From a virus (taxonomy: Duplodnaviria; Caudoviricetes): a stretch of 64,000 bases of DNA. A program made the translations under genes and the position numbers. The notes under the pieces were generated by a model. That model did not search any database. It worked only from the letters and a program-made list of their open reading frames with translations, and was not told the DNA's origin. The stretch's first letter is position 1; each line of letters opens with the position of its first letter. Positions 36,912-46,081 of the stretch are shown piece by piece. Location: positions 4,345 to 68,344 of the IMG/VR virus record IMGVR_UViG_3300020577_002532. One strand, given 5' to 3'.

Positions 36912-38329
36912 GTACCCAAATCCGGGCCACTCTTTATACCACCCCCAAGAAGTACCAGATTCAGGGGGTGCGTTTCTTGGAAGGCTTGGGTGGCCGTGGG
37001 ATACTTGGGGATGATATGGGATTGGGGAAGACGTATCAGGCGATTGCTTGGAAGGCCCTCCACCGGGAGATTCTATCCACCGTTGTAGTTTGTCCAGCTA
37101 CCCTCAAGGAACACTGGTGCCGGCAATTCCGTCTCCACGCGGCCTTGGGAGCGGAAGTCCTTGAGGGGGAAACCCCATATAAGCCCAACCAGCCCATCGC
37201 CATCATTAACTATGAAATCTTGGCCACGGCGATTTGGGACCCCAAAGATAAGCGGAAACTGTTCCCAAGATTCCCTTGGGTTGAGATGTTACGCTCCTTG
37301 GACCCCAAGCTCATCATCATCGATGAGTTCCACTACATCAAGACGCGCCAAGCCCTCCGCACCAAGGCTTGCGTCCAACTGGCGAAGGGATGCCCGCATA
37401 TAATTCCCCTCAGCGGGACACCCATCAACAATCGTCCGGTTGAATTCTTCCCCACTCTTCAGTTGGTGGCCCCAAAGGACTTCTCCTCCTTCTGGAAGTT
37501 TGCTTTCCAGTACTGCGACCCCAAGCCGGGATTCCGGGGAAGGGGTTGGGACTTCTCTGGGGCTTCCAACCTTGATGAACTACATATCCGGGTTTCCAAG
37601 TATATGATTCGCAGGTTGAAGACAGAGGTGGCCAAGGAGTTACCTCCCAAAATCCGTACCACCCTCCCCATCTGTATCACCAACAAGAAAGAGTACCAGA
37701 AGGCAGAGGAGGATTTCTTGGGGTGGTTGGAGAAGATGTCCGGGAAGGAAGCCGCCTTGAGGGCTGCTGGGGCGGTGGGACTCACCCGATTGGGGGCCTT
37801 GAAACGATTGGCGGCTGAGGGGAAGTTGAAGGCCGCTGTCCGTTGGATAGAAGACTATTTGGAGGAGTCTGGGGAGAAGCTGATTGTATTCTGCGTCCAT
37901 AGGAAGATATTGGAAGCCCTTTTGGAACACTTCCCAACCTCAGCAAGTATCCATGGGGGAGTCGATGCCTCCAAGCGCCAAGCGGAAGTGGATCGGTTTG
38001 AGAATGATCCCAAGTGTAGGACGTTCTTGGGACAGTTGAAGGCCGCTGGGGTTGGGTTAGACGGCCTCCACCGAGCAGCCTCCAGCGTCCTGTTTCTGGA
38101 GCTGGGGTGGTCTTTCGCGGACCACGAGCAGGCGGAAGACCGTGCGCTGCGGATTGGAACGGTGGCTGATAGCATCAATATCTACTACCTGCTGGCCCGG
38201 GACACAGTGGATGAAAAGATAATGGTGCTGCTTGAGAAGAAACACGATATTTGTAACAAGGTACTTGACGGGAAGATACGGGAGGTGTTGGGTTTGACCA
38301 CTCCAGAGGAGGAGAGCCATGCCGAGTAA
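36896..38329 (+). CDS. SNF2-family (HARP/SMARCAL1-like) helicase
   Basis: LGDDMGLGKT, IIDEFHYIK, LSGTPINN, MIRRLK, AAGVGL and QAEDRALRIG motifs. Confidence 0.93.
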   Translation: MSPSIGTQIRATLYTTPKKYQIQGVRFLEGLGGRGILGDDMGLGKTYQAIAWKALHREILSTVVVCPATLKEHWCRQFRLHAALGAEVLEGETPYKPNQPIAIINYEILATAIWDPKDKRKLFPRFPWVEMLRSLDPKLIIIDEFHYIKTRQALRTKACVQLAKGCPHIIPLSGTPINNRPVEFFPTLQLVAPKDFSSFWKFAFQYCDPKPGFRGRGWDFSGASNLDELHIRVSKYMIRRLKTEVAKELPPKIRTTLPICITNKKEYQKAEEDFLGWLEKMSGKEAALRAAGAVGLTRLGALKRLAAEGKLKAAVRWIEDYLEESGEKLIVFCVHRKILEALLEHFPTSASIHGGVDASKRQAEVDRFENDPKCRTFLGQLKAAGVGLDGLHRAASSVLFLELGWSFADHEQAEDRALRIGTVADSINIYYLLARDTVDEKIMVLLEKKHDICNKVLDGKIREVLGLTTPEEESHAE

Positions 38330-38510
38330 CTCAAAGAACCGTCCGGGGGAATGCGCCTTAACTGTTTGGGGAATCCCCATTGAGATCAAGGCGAATTTCA
38401 AGGCGGCTTGCGCCCGCAGAGGACGCACCATCAAGGAAGCAATCATTGAGGCTATGGTGCGGGAAGACTCTATCCAAGCCCCCATTCCCAAGGACCAAAG
38501 GGATGTTTAA
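38319..38510 (+). CDS. Ribbon-helix-helix DNA-binding protein
   Basis: LTVWGIPIEIKANFKAACARRGRTIKEAIIEAM. Confidence 0.7.
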   Translation: MPSNSKNRPGECALTVWGIPIEIKANFKAACARRGRTIKEAIIEAMVREDSIQAPIPKDQRDV

Positions 38511-39399
38511 CTTCCTACGGTTTGCCCAAGAACGAAACATCCCCATAATTGAAGGGGGTCACCACCATTCCCACCAAGGTTGGATCCAAACCCATTGCCC
38601 GTTCTGTACCAACGGGACTCATGGGTGGCATCTGGGATTCAGCCTCCAGAAGGGAAACTTCAATTGTTGGAGGTGCGGAGGTCATTCGGTCTGGAAGGTG
38701 GTTGGGACGTTCCTCCATACCAACCAAAAGGACTTGATTAGTAGGGTGCTCCGGGATTACAGCACTGATCCCAAGCCCCTGGTCCCACAGAGGAAGGCCC
38801 GGAGGAGAACGTTGAAACCTCCTCCGGGCATGGGACCTCTTGGCAGGCCCCACCTACGCTACCTGGAAAAACGTGGGTTTACCCCGGGGGATTTGGTGGA
38901 GGAATGGGGCCTAGAGGGTACTCAGCACCTGTCCGGCCCATGGTCTTGGAGGGTGGTTGCTCCGGTGAAGGACCGGGAGAACCACATTGTAGCTTACGTG
39001 GGCCGGTCCATCCTCCAGAACGGAAAGCCCAAGTACAAAATGACGGATGAGGAAGACATTCTGGTGGATCCCAAGACCTTACTGTATGGGATTGAGAAGG
39101 TCCAGAAGAAGGTCTTGGTGGTGGAAGGCCCTGCGGACGTTTGGAGGATGGGGCCGGGAGCCGTGGCCCTCCTTGGAATAGACTGGAAAAGAGAACAGGC
39201 GGCTATCCTGAGGGACATCCCAGAACGGTATATCATGCTGGACCCAGAGTCCTTGGCTCAACGAAGGGCAAGGCGTCTGGCGGAATGGCTGGGGATATTC
39301 CCGGGCATTACAGAAATCCTTACGGATTTAAGCACGGACCCAGGTGGGCTATCGCCTCAGAGGGCCTTGGGCATTCGGAAGGTGTTAGGTTTTTCGTAG
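38503..39399 (+). CDS. DNA primase (Zn finger + Toprim)
   Basis: CPFC...CWRC zinc finger; LVVEGPADVW Toprim motif; LDPE. Confidence 0.85.
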   Translation: MFNFLRFAQERNIPIIEGGHHHSHQGWIQTHCPFCTNGTHGWHLGFSLQKGNFNCWRCGGHSVWKVVGTFLHTNQKDLISRVLRDYSTDPKPLVPQRKARRRTLKPPPGMGPLGRPHLRYLEKRGFTPGDLVEEWGLEGTQHLSGPWSWRVVAPVKDRENHIVAYVGRSILQNGKPKYKMTDEEDILVDPKTLLYGIEKVQKKVLVVEGPADVWRMGPGAVALLGIDWKREQAAILRDIPERYIMLDPESLAQRRARRLAEWLGIFPGITEILTDLSTDPGGLSPQRALGIRKVLGFS

Positions 39400-39430
39400 C
39401 TTCCGGTCAGAAAATCCGATATAAAGTACA

Positions 39431-39535
39431 GGCGCAGGACAATTTAAGATTGAACGGCTTTCCCAGTCCCTCCATCGGTTGGATGACTCCCACCATCCTG
39501 CGCCACCGATGGAGGGCTGGGGATGTTTGTGGGAG
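39431..39535 (+). promoter_or_regulatory. Structured leader of the replication initiator gene
   Basis: 12-bp perfect stem 39468-39479/39505-39516. The loop is complementary both to upstream 39431-39439 and to the SD region 39529-39535. Confidence 0.6.
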
Positions 39536-39543
39536 GTAAGAAG

Positions 39544-40797
39544 ATGGAGAAGGAGTTAGCCCAGAACCTTTTTCAGAATACAACTTCAAAATATATTGGG
39601 TATGTAGTGGGGTATCGAAAGTTGACGGGAAGTGTAGTTGGGGCAATTGTACTATCCCAATTGATGTATTGGGCTTCCAAGAAACTCAAGTTTTGGAAGA
39701 CGGATGAGGAGTTGATGGAAGAAACGGGAATCACCCGCAACGAGTTAATGCGAGCCAAACGACAATTGAAAAGGCTTTCCTTTCTCAAAGTAACACTTGA
39801 GGGAATCCCTTCAAAGACTTGGTACGAAGTGGACCCAAAGGCTTGGATGCAAACAATGGAAAAGGATTTGGGAAATGCCAAGGACTCCCCAAAGGTTCCT
39901 GATATTCAGGAGGCTGGGACCTTCACAGATATGGGAAATAACCAAGCTACCCCAAAGGTTACTGGAAAGCAGGAACCTAGGTTACTGGAAAGCAGTAACC
40001 TATCCTCTGTTCTAAAATTATCTTCTAAAACTACTTCTGTCCAAGACAAGCTTGGCCAGCAAGAGACAACACCTACCATTCACGGTAAATGGATCAAATA
40101 CGCCATGATGTTGTCCAAGGCCATTGGAGTTCACAGGAAGGAGAAGACAGCTCAACGAATCCCAGCTTGGGCCAGAGAAATTCGGAAACTACAAACGGTT
40201 GAAGGTGTAAAGCCCCACCATATTCGGGAGGTAATGGAATGGTATTGTGAGGAATTGTCCAAGCAGGACTTGATTAAAGCCAATCCCAATTTCCTCCCAG
40301 TAGCTTATTCAGGTGATGCCTTCCGTAACAAATTCCTCAAGTTGGAAGCTGCCATGAATAGAAGGCGTCCCACTCCAGAGAAGCCCAAGGAATATCCGCC
40401 TTGGGTGAAGAAGGTGAAGGTTGAATTCCTCCAACAGTTGAGGAATGAAGGAGTGATTACCAGACCCATGGGTGTTGAGAACCTCCTGATAAAGGTCAAT
40501 CAAAGGTCCAAGGAAGTCCGGTTGGCTTGTGAATCCATCGTTGAAAAGGAATCCCACCTGAGTCCGTTACAACGCAGGGAGACTTTCTTTGCCAACCTGT
40601 TCTTGGAGCGTCGCCATACCTTTGGAGAGATGTATCAGAGCTGGATGATACGCCAGATTGTTTCTTGGGAGTCCTGGGGCGGGGATATGTCCTCCTTTGC
40701 CCCCGGGGGAAAGAATTGGTTGAGATACTTGGGATTCTTGCGTCAAGAATGGCAGACCGATTTTGGTCCTTTGGAGGGAAAGTTGCGTGAAGCGTGA
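39544..40797 (+). CDS. Replication initiator (lambda O-like, N-terminal winged helix)
   Basis: GAIVLSQLMYW..KTDEELMEETG..ELMRAKRQL N-terminus; internal iterons; position upstream of DnaB. Confidence 0.72.
   Translation: MEKELAQNLFQNTTSKYIGYVVGYRKLTGSVVGAIVLSQLMYWASKKLKFWKTDEELMEETGITRNELMRAKRQLKRLSFLKVTLEGIPSKTWYEVDPKAWMQTMEKDLGNAKDSPKVPDIQEAGTFTDMGNNQATPKVTGKQEPRLLESSNLSSVLKLSSKTTSVQDKLGQQETTPTIHGKWIKYAMMLSKAIGVHRKEKTAQRIPAWAREIRKLQTVEGVKPHHIREVMEWYCEELSKQDLIKANPNFLPVAYSGDAFRNKFLKLEAAMNRRRPTPEKPKEYPPWVKKVKVEFLQQLRNEGVITRPMGVENLLIKVNQRSKEVRLACESIVEKESHLSPLQRRETFFANLFLERRHTFGEMYQSWMIRQIVSWESWGGDMSSFAPGGKNWLRYLGFLRQEWQTDFGPLEGKLREA
39893..40040. repeat. Putative replication origin: three 23-bp palindromic iterons + AT-rich tract
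   Basis: AGGTTCCTG-atatt-CAGGAGGCT (39893), AGGTTACTG-gaaag-CAGGAACCT (39956) and AGGTTACTG-gaaag-CAGTAACCT (39979), then TTCTAAAATTATCTTCTAAAACTA. Confidence 0.65.
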
Positions 40798-42238
40798 GAG
40801 AATCAACCAGATTGAGAGACAACTACTCATAGCCTTGATCACTTCTCGGGACTTCCTGAGTCAGGCTGTCCCAACTTTGGATGTAAACCTTCTCCCAGCG
40901 GGACCATTCCGGGAGGTCTGTGGGTGGTGTATAACCTACTTCAAGGAGTATGGGAAGGCCCCAAACCGAGACATTGAGACGGTATATCACCGCTGGGCCG
41001 AATCCAATGAAGGCCCGGAGGTGGAGCCCATCCACGATTTGTTGGAGGGCCTCAGCGATGAGTACGATACCAAGGACCCACTCAACATCCCATACCTCTT
41101 GGACTGCCTCCGGTCTTTCCTCTCCAAGAAGAATCTCCAGCGGCTTTATGAGAGCGTGGAGACGGCTTTGGGGTCTGGGAAGCCGGAAGAGGCTGAACGC
41201 CACGTGTTGGAATACAAGCCGGTGGAGATGGCTGGGGGCTTTGGCCTTGATCCTTTCCGGGATGGGGGAAGTTGGGAAAGGGCCTTCTCTGATCCGGCCC
41301 AACCGTTGATGGAATTCCCTGAGCCAGCTGGACGGTTCTTGAACCCAGCCCTCACCCGGGATGCTCTTGTAGGAATCCAAGCACCCGAGAAACGGGGGAA
41401 GACGTGGTGGTGTATTGAATTCGTGGTCCGGGCTTTACGGATGCGGCGCAAGGTTGCGTTCTTTCAAGTCGGTGACTTATCCGAAAACCAACTGTTGATC
41501 CGGCTTGGAACCTACTTCACCGGCAGGCCCTCTCGTCAGGACCTTTGCGGGATTGTGCCCTTTCCACTACGTTTGACGGAAGGCACTGAACCAGCCCGGG
41601 ACACAGATGAGGAGGGGGAGAATGGTGCTAGGGGTCAGGAAACTGTGTTGCCGACTGTGGAGGTTGAAGACCGGAACATCAAAACGCCTGTGACCCTGCC
41701 GGCATGCCGGAAAGCCCTGCGGAGGTTTTCAAGGGGATGCGGGTTGAATCCAAAAAAGAGTTATCTGAAGATCAGTACACACGCCAACAGTTCCATAAAC
41801 GTTCTGGGTATTTGTTCTATTCTGGATCGGTGGGAGATGGTGGAGGGCTTCATTCCAGATGTGGTGGTGATTGACTATGCCGATATTCTCTCCCCAGAGG
41901 ACCCCACCAAACAGGCCCGGGATCAGGTAAATGATACGTGGAAAGCTTTGAGGCGATTATCCCAAGACCGTCATTGTTTGGTGTTGGTCCCTACCCAAGC
42001 TAACGCTGGATCGTATGAGACGGAAACCCAGACCATGCGCAATTTCAGTGAGGACAAACGGAAGTTGGCTCACGTTACCGGGATGTTGGGACTCAACCAA
42101 TCGACCAGAGAGAAAGAGGTGGGGCTAATGCGATTGAATTGGATTGTTCTCCGGGAAAGCCCTTCCAGTGTTGGAAGGTGTTTGTGGGTTGGACAATGCT
42201 TAAACCTAGGCAGGGCCTTCTGTTGCGCAAGAATTTAG
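40787..42238 (+). CDS. DnaB-like replicative helicase
   Basis: Walker A APEKRGKT, VVIDYAD, LVPTQA and SEDKRK motifs. Confidence 0.85.
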   Translation: MKRERINQIERQLLIALITSRDFLSQAVPTLDVNLLPAGPFREVCGWCITYFKEYGKAPNRDIETVYHRWAESNEGPEVEPIHDLLEGLSDEYDTKDPLNIPYLLDCLRSFLSKKNLQRLYESVETALGSGKPEEAERHVLEYKPVEMAGGFGLDPFRDGGSWERAFSDPAQPLMEFPEPAGRFLNPALTRDALVGIQAPEKRGKTWWCIEFVVRALRMRRKVAFFQVGDLSENQLLIRLGTYFTGRPSRQDLCGIVPFPLRLTEGTEPARDTDEEGENGARGQETVLPTVEVEDRNIKTPVTLPACRKALRRFSRGCGLNPKKSYLKISTHANSSINVLGICSILDRWEMVEGFIPDVVVIDYADILSPEDPTKQARDQVNDTWKALRRLSQDRHCLVLVPTQANAGSYETETQTMRNFSEDKRKLAHVTGMLGLNQSTREKEVGLMRLNWIVLRESPSSVGRCLWVGQCLNLGRAFCCARI

Positions 42239-42323
42239 ATTTAGTTCAATCGCCTGATCCGATAGTAGAACAGTGGACGTTTGGACGTTGAAGAGTAACC
42301 CGATGGGTGAGGAGGATGGACCG

Positions 42324-43124
42324 ATGGACGCGAACAAGAAGCGGACGGTGATGATGGGGATTCTGGCGAAAATGGGGGCTTCATTTACGCCCAGTATCTC
42401 TCTCAGTCGGGCAGAGACCAAGCTGGCCCGGTATGTGGAGAAGGACGGCATTCCCAAAGACTTGACGGACGATGAACTGGCCCTGCTCAAGGAAATGGGA
42501 ATCACTTCCAACGCCGCCAAGTCCGGCAAGAGCGTGTTGGAGGTCTTGGACGATGAGGAGGATGAAGAGGAAGCCCCCAAGCCGTCCAAGAAGCCTGCCA
42601 AGAAGGAAGAGGCAGAGGACGATGAGGAGGATGGGGAAGAGGCAGAAGAGGCAGAGGATGAGGACAAGGATGTCCCAGAGGACGATGAGGAGGATGAAGA
42701 GGAAGCCCCCAAGCCGTCCAAGAAGCCTGCCAAGCCCGCCAAGAAGGAAGAGGTGGAGGAGGATGGGGAAGAGGCTGAGGAGGATGAAGAGGAAGCCCCC
42801 AAGCCCGCCAAGGAGGAAGCGGAAGAAGAGGCTGAGGAGGATGAGGAAGAAGCCCCCAAGCCTGAGAAGAAGCCCAAGGCCCCCAAGCCTCCCAAGGTCG
42901 CCAAGGCTGGTTGGATGGCTTGCGCGGCTCTGGCCGTCCTGTCTTCCAAGACCTTGGAGGACGCCGCCAAGAAGGCCATTGAAAACTATCTGGCGGAAGG
43001 TGGACGGGAAGTGCCCCAGATCCAGAAGCGTGGGGTGCTGTACGTCTCCCGGGCCTTGGCCGTCCTGACGCTGGAGCAGGTGGCCCTCGTCAAGGTGGAT
43101 GGTAACAAAATCATCCATGGCTGA
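42324..43124 (+). CDS. Protein with long acidic/Lys-Pro block repeats between two small folded domains
   Basis: DDEEDEEEAPKPSKKPAKKEE repeats; GAGGAGG RBS. Confidence 0.8.
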   Translation: MDANKKRTVMMGILAKMGASFTPSISLSRAETKLARYVEKDGIPKDLTDDELALLKEMGITSNAAKSGKSVLEVLDDEEDEEEAPKPSKKPAKKEEAEDDEEDGEEAEEAEDEDKDVPEDDEEDEEEAPKPSKKPAKPAKKEEVEEDGEEAEEDEEEAPKPAKEEAEEEAEEDEEEAPKPEKKPKAPKPPKVAKAGWMACAALAVLSSKTLEDAAKKAIENYLAEGGREVPQIQKRGVLYVSRALAVLTLEQVALVKVDGNKIIHG

Positions 43125-44199
43125 ACCGCCAAAGGTATACCATTCTGCGGTTGGAGTGAGAGGGGACTGCTTGTACTGTCCCCTCTCGCTCAGCATAGAT
43201 AGTTATTGGAATTGCGAAGCTGATTGTCACCACTGCTATTGCCGCCGATTGAATCGAATATGGGGCCAAGACCTTCGCCCAGCAGACCCAGAAGCCGTCC
43301 GCAGGAAGCTGGAATGCGGCCTGAGGAATCCCAACCCTTGTACCACTGTGGCCTACGCTCTGTTCAACAAAAAGACTTTGAGGTTGGGGAGCCGGACAGA
43401 CCCATACCAAGACGCTGAGCGCACCCATAAGGTGTCCTCCCGGATTCAAACGGTGTTAATCCGGTTGCGTTGGACCTATGTGATCCAATCCCGGTTTATG
43501 TCCAACATGCTTTGGGATGAGGGGAAGATGGATACAGCTCGGGGGCTGAAACTCCTCCAGATTATGCCGGTGATCTCTCCCGGCGCAGAACTGGATTGGG
43601 AGGTCTTGGAGCGAAAGCGGACCACCTCTATCCCACGCCGTCTGAGGATCATCCAACGTTGGATCAAGAGGGGTCATCGGGTTGGGGTTAATGGGGAGCC
43701 GTTCATCCCAGGTTACCATACCCCAGAGCAATTCCGGGATATAATCAAGCGGATTAAAGCCGTGGGGGTAACCAGTTACAATACGTACAACCTTCACTTC
43801 AACGACCACGTAGCCAAACGCCTCCATTCCATAGGGTTGGATATTGAGCGTATCTGGGAACATAACCAAGATGATAAATGGCGGCCCATCCTCCAGAAGT
43901 TGTTGGACATAGCCAAGGAAGAAGACATCCTGTTGGGATGCCCTGACTTTGTGAATACTGGTTGGGGCTGGAGAGAACGGGCCAACACTTGTTGCGGATT
44001 GAACGTCCCAAATCCTTCCCGGTTCAACTCTCACCGCTGGAAGCAGTTGAAGCAGAAGGGGATTTCTGCGGAGGAGATCATCAGACGGACTTGGGAAGGT
44101 ATTGGGGACTTTGAGGACGGCAAGAAGATTGTTTTTGGGGAGTCTGGGAAGTTTTTCAGTTTGGCCGATGTGAAAGGAGATCAGCATGAGTCTGTTTGA
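43117..44199 (+). CDS. Radical SAM protein (SPL-like) 1
   Basis: CEADCHHC (CxxxCxxC), LRLGSRTDPYQDAE and GEPFIPG motifs; extra Cys (GCPDFVN, TCCG). Confidence 0.9.
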   Translation: MAEPPKVYHSAVGVRGDCLYCPLSLSIDSYWNCEADCHHCYCRRLNRIWGQDLRPADPEAVRRKLECGLRNPNPCTTVAYALFNKKTLRLGSRTDPYQDAERTHKVSSRIQTVLIRLRWTYVIQSRFMSNMLWDEGKMDTARGLKLLQIMPVISPGAELDWEVLERKRTTSIPRRLRIIQRWIKRGHRVGVNGEPFIPGYHTPEQFRDIIKRIKAVGVTSYNTYNLHFNDHVAKRLHSIGLDIERIWEHNQDDKWRPILQKLLDIAKEEDILLGCPDFVNTGWGWRERANTCCGLNVPNPSRFNSHRWKQLKQKGISAEEIIRRTWEGIGDFEDGKKIVFGESGKFFSLADVKGDQHESV

Positions 44200-45094
44200 C
44201 GGCGTTCCCAAGGATGATTTGGAGACGGTGGAGCGACAAACCGAGATAGCCGTGGTGGGGGCTGGGATAATGGGGGCCTCCATCGGTGAGAACCTCCGGT
44301 CCAAAGGTCGGAAGGTCACCATCCTGGACGATGGGAGGCCCATGTCCGGTTCCAGACCTTGTGGGGGCAGCATCAAGCCTTCCCCTCTCACCGGCCTGAC
44401 CAAGGAAGAAGAGAAACCCATACTGGACGTCATGGACCGATTGTTTACCATTCGGCAGGAACAGTTTGTGATCCGGCCCTCCGGGGGATTCCTCAAGATC
44501 AACGTCTATCAGGTCTGTATGGACAAGGTATTTGCCGTCCAGAAGAAGACAGCCACGGTTGAGAAGGTGTTTCTGAAGGGAAACATGCCGGTGGTGATTT
44601 ACCGCACCGAAAAGCGCAGGGTCCACCTTAGATGTGAGCGGGTGGTGATCGCTGCCGGAGGGTGGTGCGGGCAGCTGTTACCGGCCCATTTCCCGGAGAA
44701 GTCTATCCAGCTGAAGCGGGGAGCGGCCTTTATCTTTGACCGGAAGACCGAACAGGCCTTTGTTCAAACGTGGGCTCCATACAAGCAAATCACCGTCCAT
44801 CCTATCCAAGTGAATGGGGAGGAGAAGACTTGGGGAGCGGATGGGACGGCTCTGATCCCAGAGAGTTGGGAGGATGGACGCACCGCCATGTGTCTCCTCC
44901 GCATCCAGAAGGCTATGGGGGTGAAGGATGTCCCGTCTCAAACCTTGGAGGGTTACAGGCCCTTCCATGTGTCCAAGGCCAAGCCTTGCTACTTGGAAGA
45001 AGTTCTCCCGGGGATTTGGGCTACCACTGGAGCTGGTAAGTTTGGTTGCATTTCCGCCGCATGGGCCGCCAACAAATTGGGAGAAAAGCTATGA
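44186..45094 (+). CDS. FAD-dependent oxidoreductase (DAO/glycine oxidase-like)
   Basis: VVGAGIMG, VVIAAGGW, LEGYRP and ATTGAGKFG motifs. Confidence 0.88.
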   Translation: MSLFDGVPKDDLETVERQTEIAVVGAGIMGASIGENLRSKGRKVTILDDGRPMSGSRPCGGSIKPSPLTGLTKEEEKPILDVMDRLFTIRQEQFVIRPSGGFLKINVYQVCMDKVFAVQKKTATVEKVFLKGNMPVVIYRTEKRRVHLRCERVVIAAGGWCGQLLPAHFPEKSIQLKRGAAFIFDRKTEQAFVQTWAPYKQITVHPIQVNGEEKTWGADGTALIPESWEDGRTAMCLLRIQKAMGVKDVPSQTLEGYRPFHVSKAKPCYLEEVLPGIWATTGAGKFGCISAAWAANKLGEKL

Positions 45095-46080
45095 GATGGG
45101 ATCAGGTTTTGGAGGAGTTGAAGACCAAGCGGAGTTTTCAACAGATGTCTCCTCTCACCATTGATTCCCTCCGTGGGACTCTTTGGGGAGACAAATACCG
45201 GGGAAGTCTGACGGAGTATTGGGAAAATGGGAGTGAAGACCGATACAAATTGTTGGTAAACACTGTCCAACGTATCCAACACTTGTTCCACACTGAGTTA
45301 CAAACCCAACGCCTTTCCCATGAACCCCAACCTTACAGGATGGGTTGGGGTACTTATGGGTGGGACTACAATCCGGCCTTGGTTAGGAAAGCGGTGGAAG
45401 GACATTGCTTAATTGATACGGCTTCCACCTATGGTTATGGGAAAGTGGAAAAGGAATTGTCCAAGGCCCTTTACCAGATAGACATAGTGGCCAAGATTTC
45501 CACCAAATTCCCAAGGACCCAATCTTCCTTCAAGGCTACCATGGCCGCTGGGTTGAGGGCCAGTACGACCTTTGGGAGGTTCCATAGGTTGATGTTGAGT
45601 ATCCATTGGCCAAATGAGAAGACCATGGAGACCATGCGGGCACTCCAGACTCTCAAGGACCGTAACCGGATTGACGAGATTGGGGTTTGTAACTTCTCCT
45701 TGGACCGTCTGATTCAGGCCCAAAGGATGCCTCTGGGTGCTCTCCAGATACGTTTTAACCCTGTTGATCGATCAGCTAGGCGCGTGGTAATCCCCAATTG
45801 TCTTCTCCGGGGGATTCCGGTTGTTGGGTACAGTACCTTTGGACAAGGTCTCAAGAAGTTGTTGGTCAAGGACCGTCATCAGGTTCTGAGTAGACTGTCC
45901 AAGACATACCAAGCGACACCGGCCCAGATCATTCTGGCTTGGTCTATGAGTTATGGGGTCATCCCATTATTCCAGACGAACAATCTGAAGCACCTCCAAG
46001 AGAACGTGGAGGCCCGGGACTTAAAGCTGGAGAAATCCGATATTCTAGCAGTGGAAGAATCTTTCATCGAGGAGGTGTAA
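45091..46080 (+). CDS. Aldo/keto reductase with about 80-aa N-terminal extension
   Basis: MGWGTY, IDTASTYG, ISTK, IHWP, IGVCNFS, QIRFN, TPAQIILAW and HLQENV motifs. Confidence 0.88.
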   Translation: MRWDQVLEELKTKRSFQQMSPLTIDSLRGTLWGDKYRGSLTEYWENGSEDRYKLLVNTVQRIQHLFHTELQTQRLSHEPQPYRMGWGTYGWDYNPALVRKAVEGHCLIDTASTYGYGKVEKELSKALYQIDIVAKISTKFPRTQSSFKATMAAGLRASTTFGRFHRLMLSIHWPNEKTMETMRALQTLKDRNRIDEIGVCNFSLDRLIQAQRMPLGALQIRFNPVDRSARRVVIPNCLLRGIPVVGYSTFGQGLKKLLVKDRHQVLSRLSKTYQATPAQIILAWSMSYGVIPLFQTNNLKHLQENVEARDLKLEKSDILAVEESFIEEV

Positions 46081-46081
46081 G

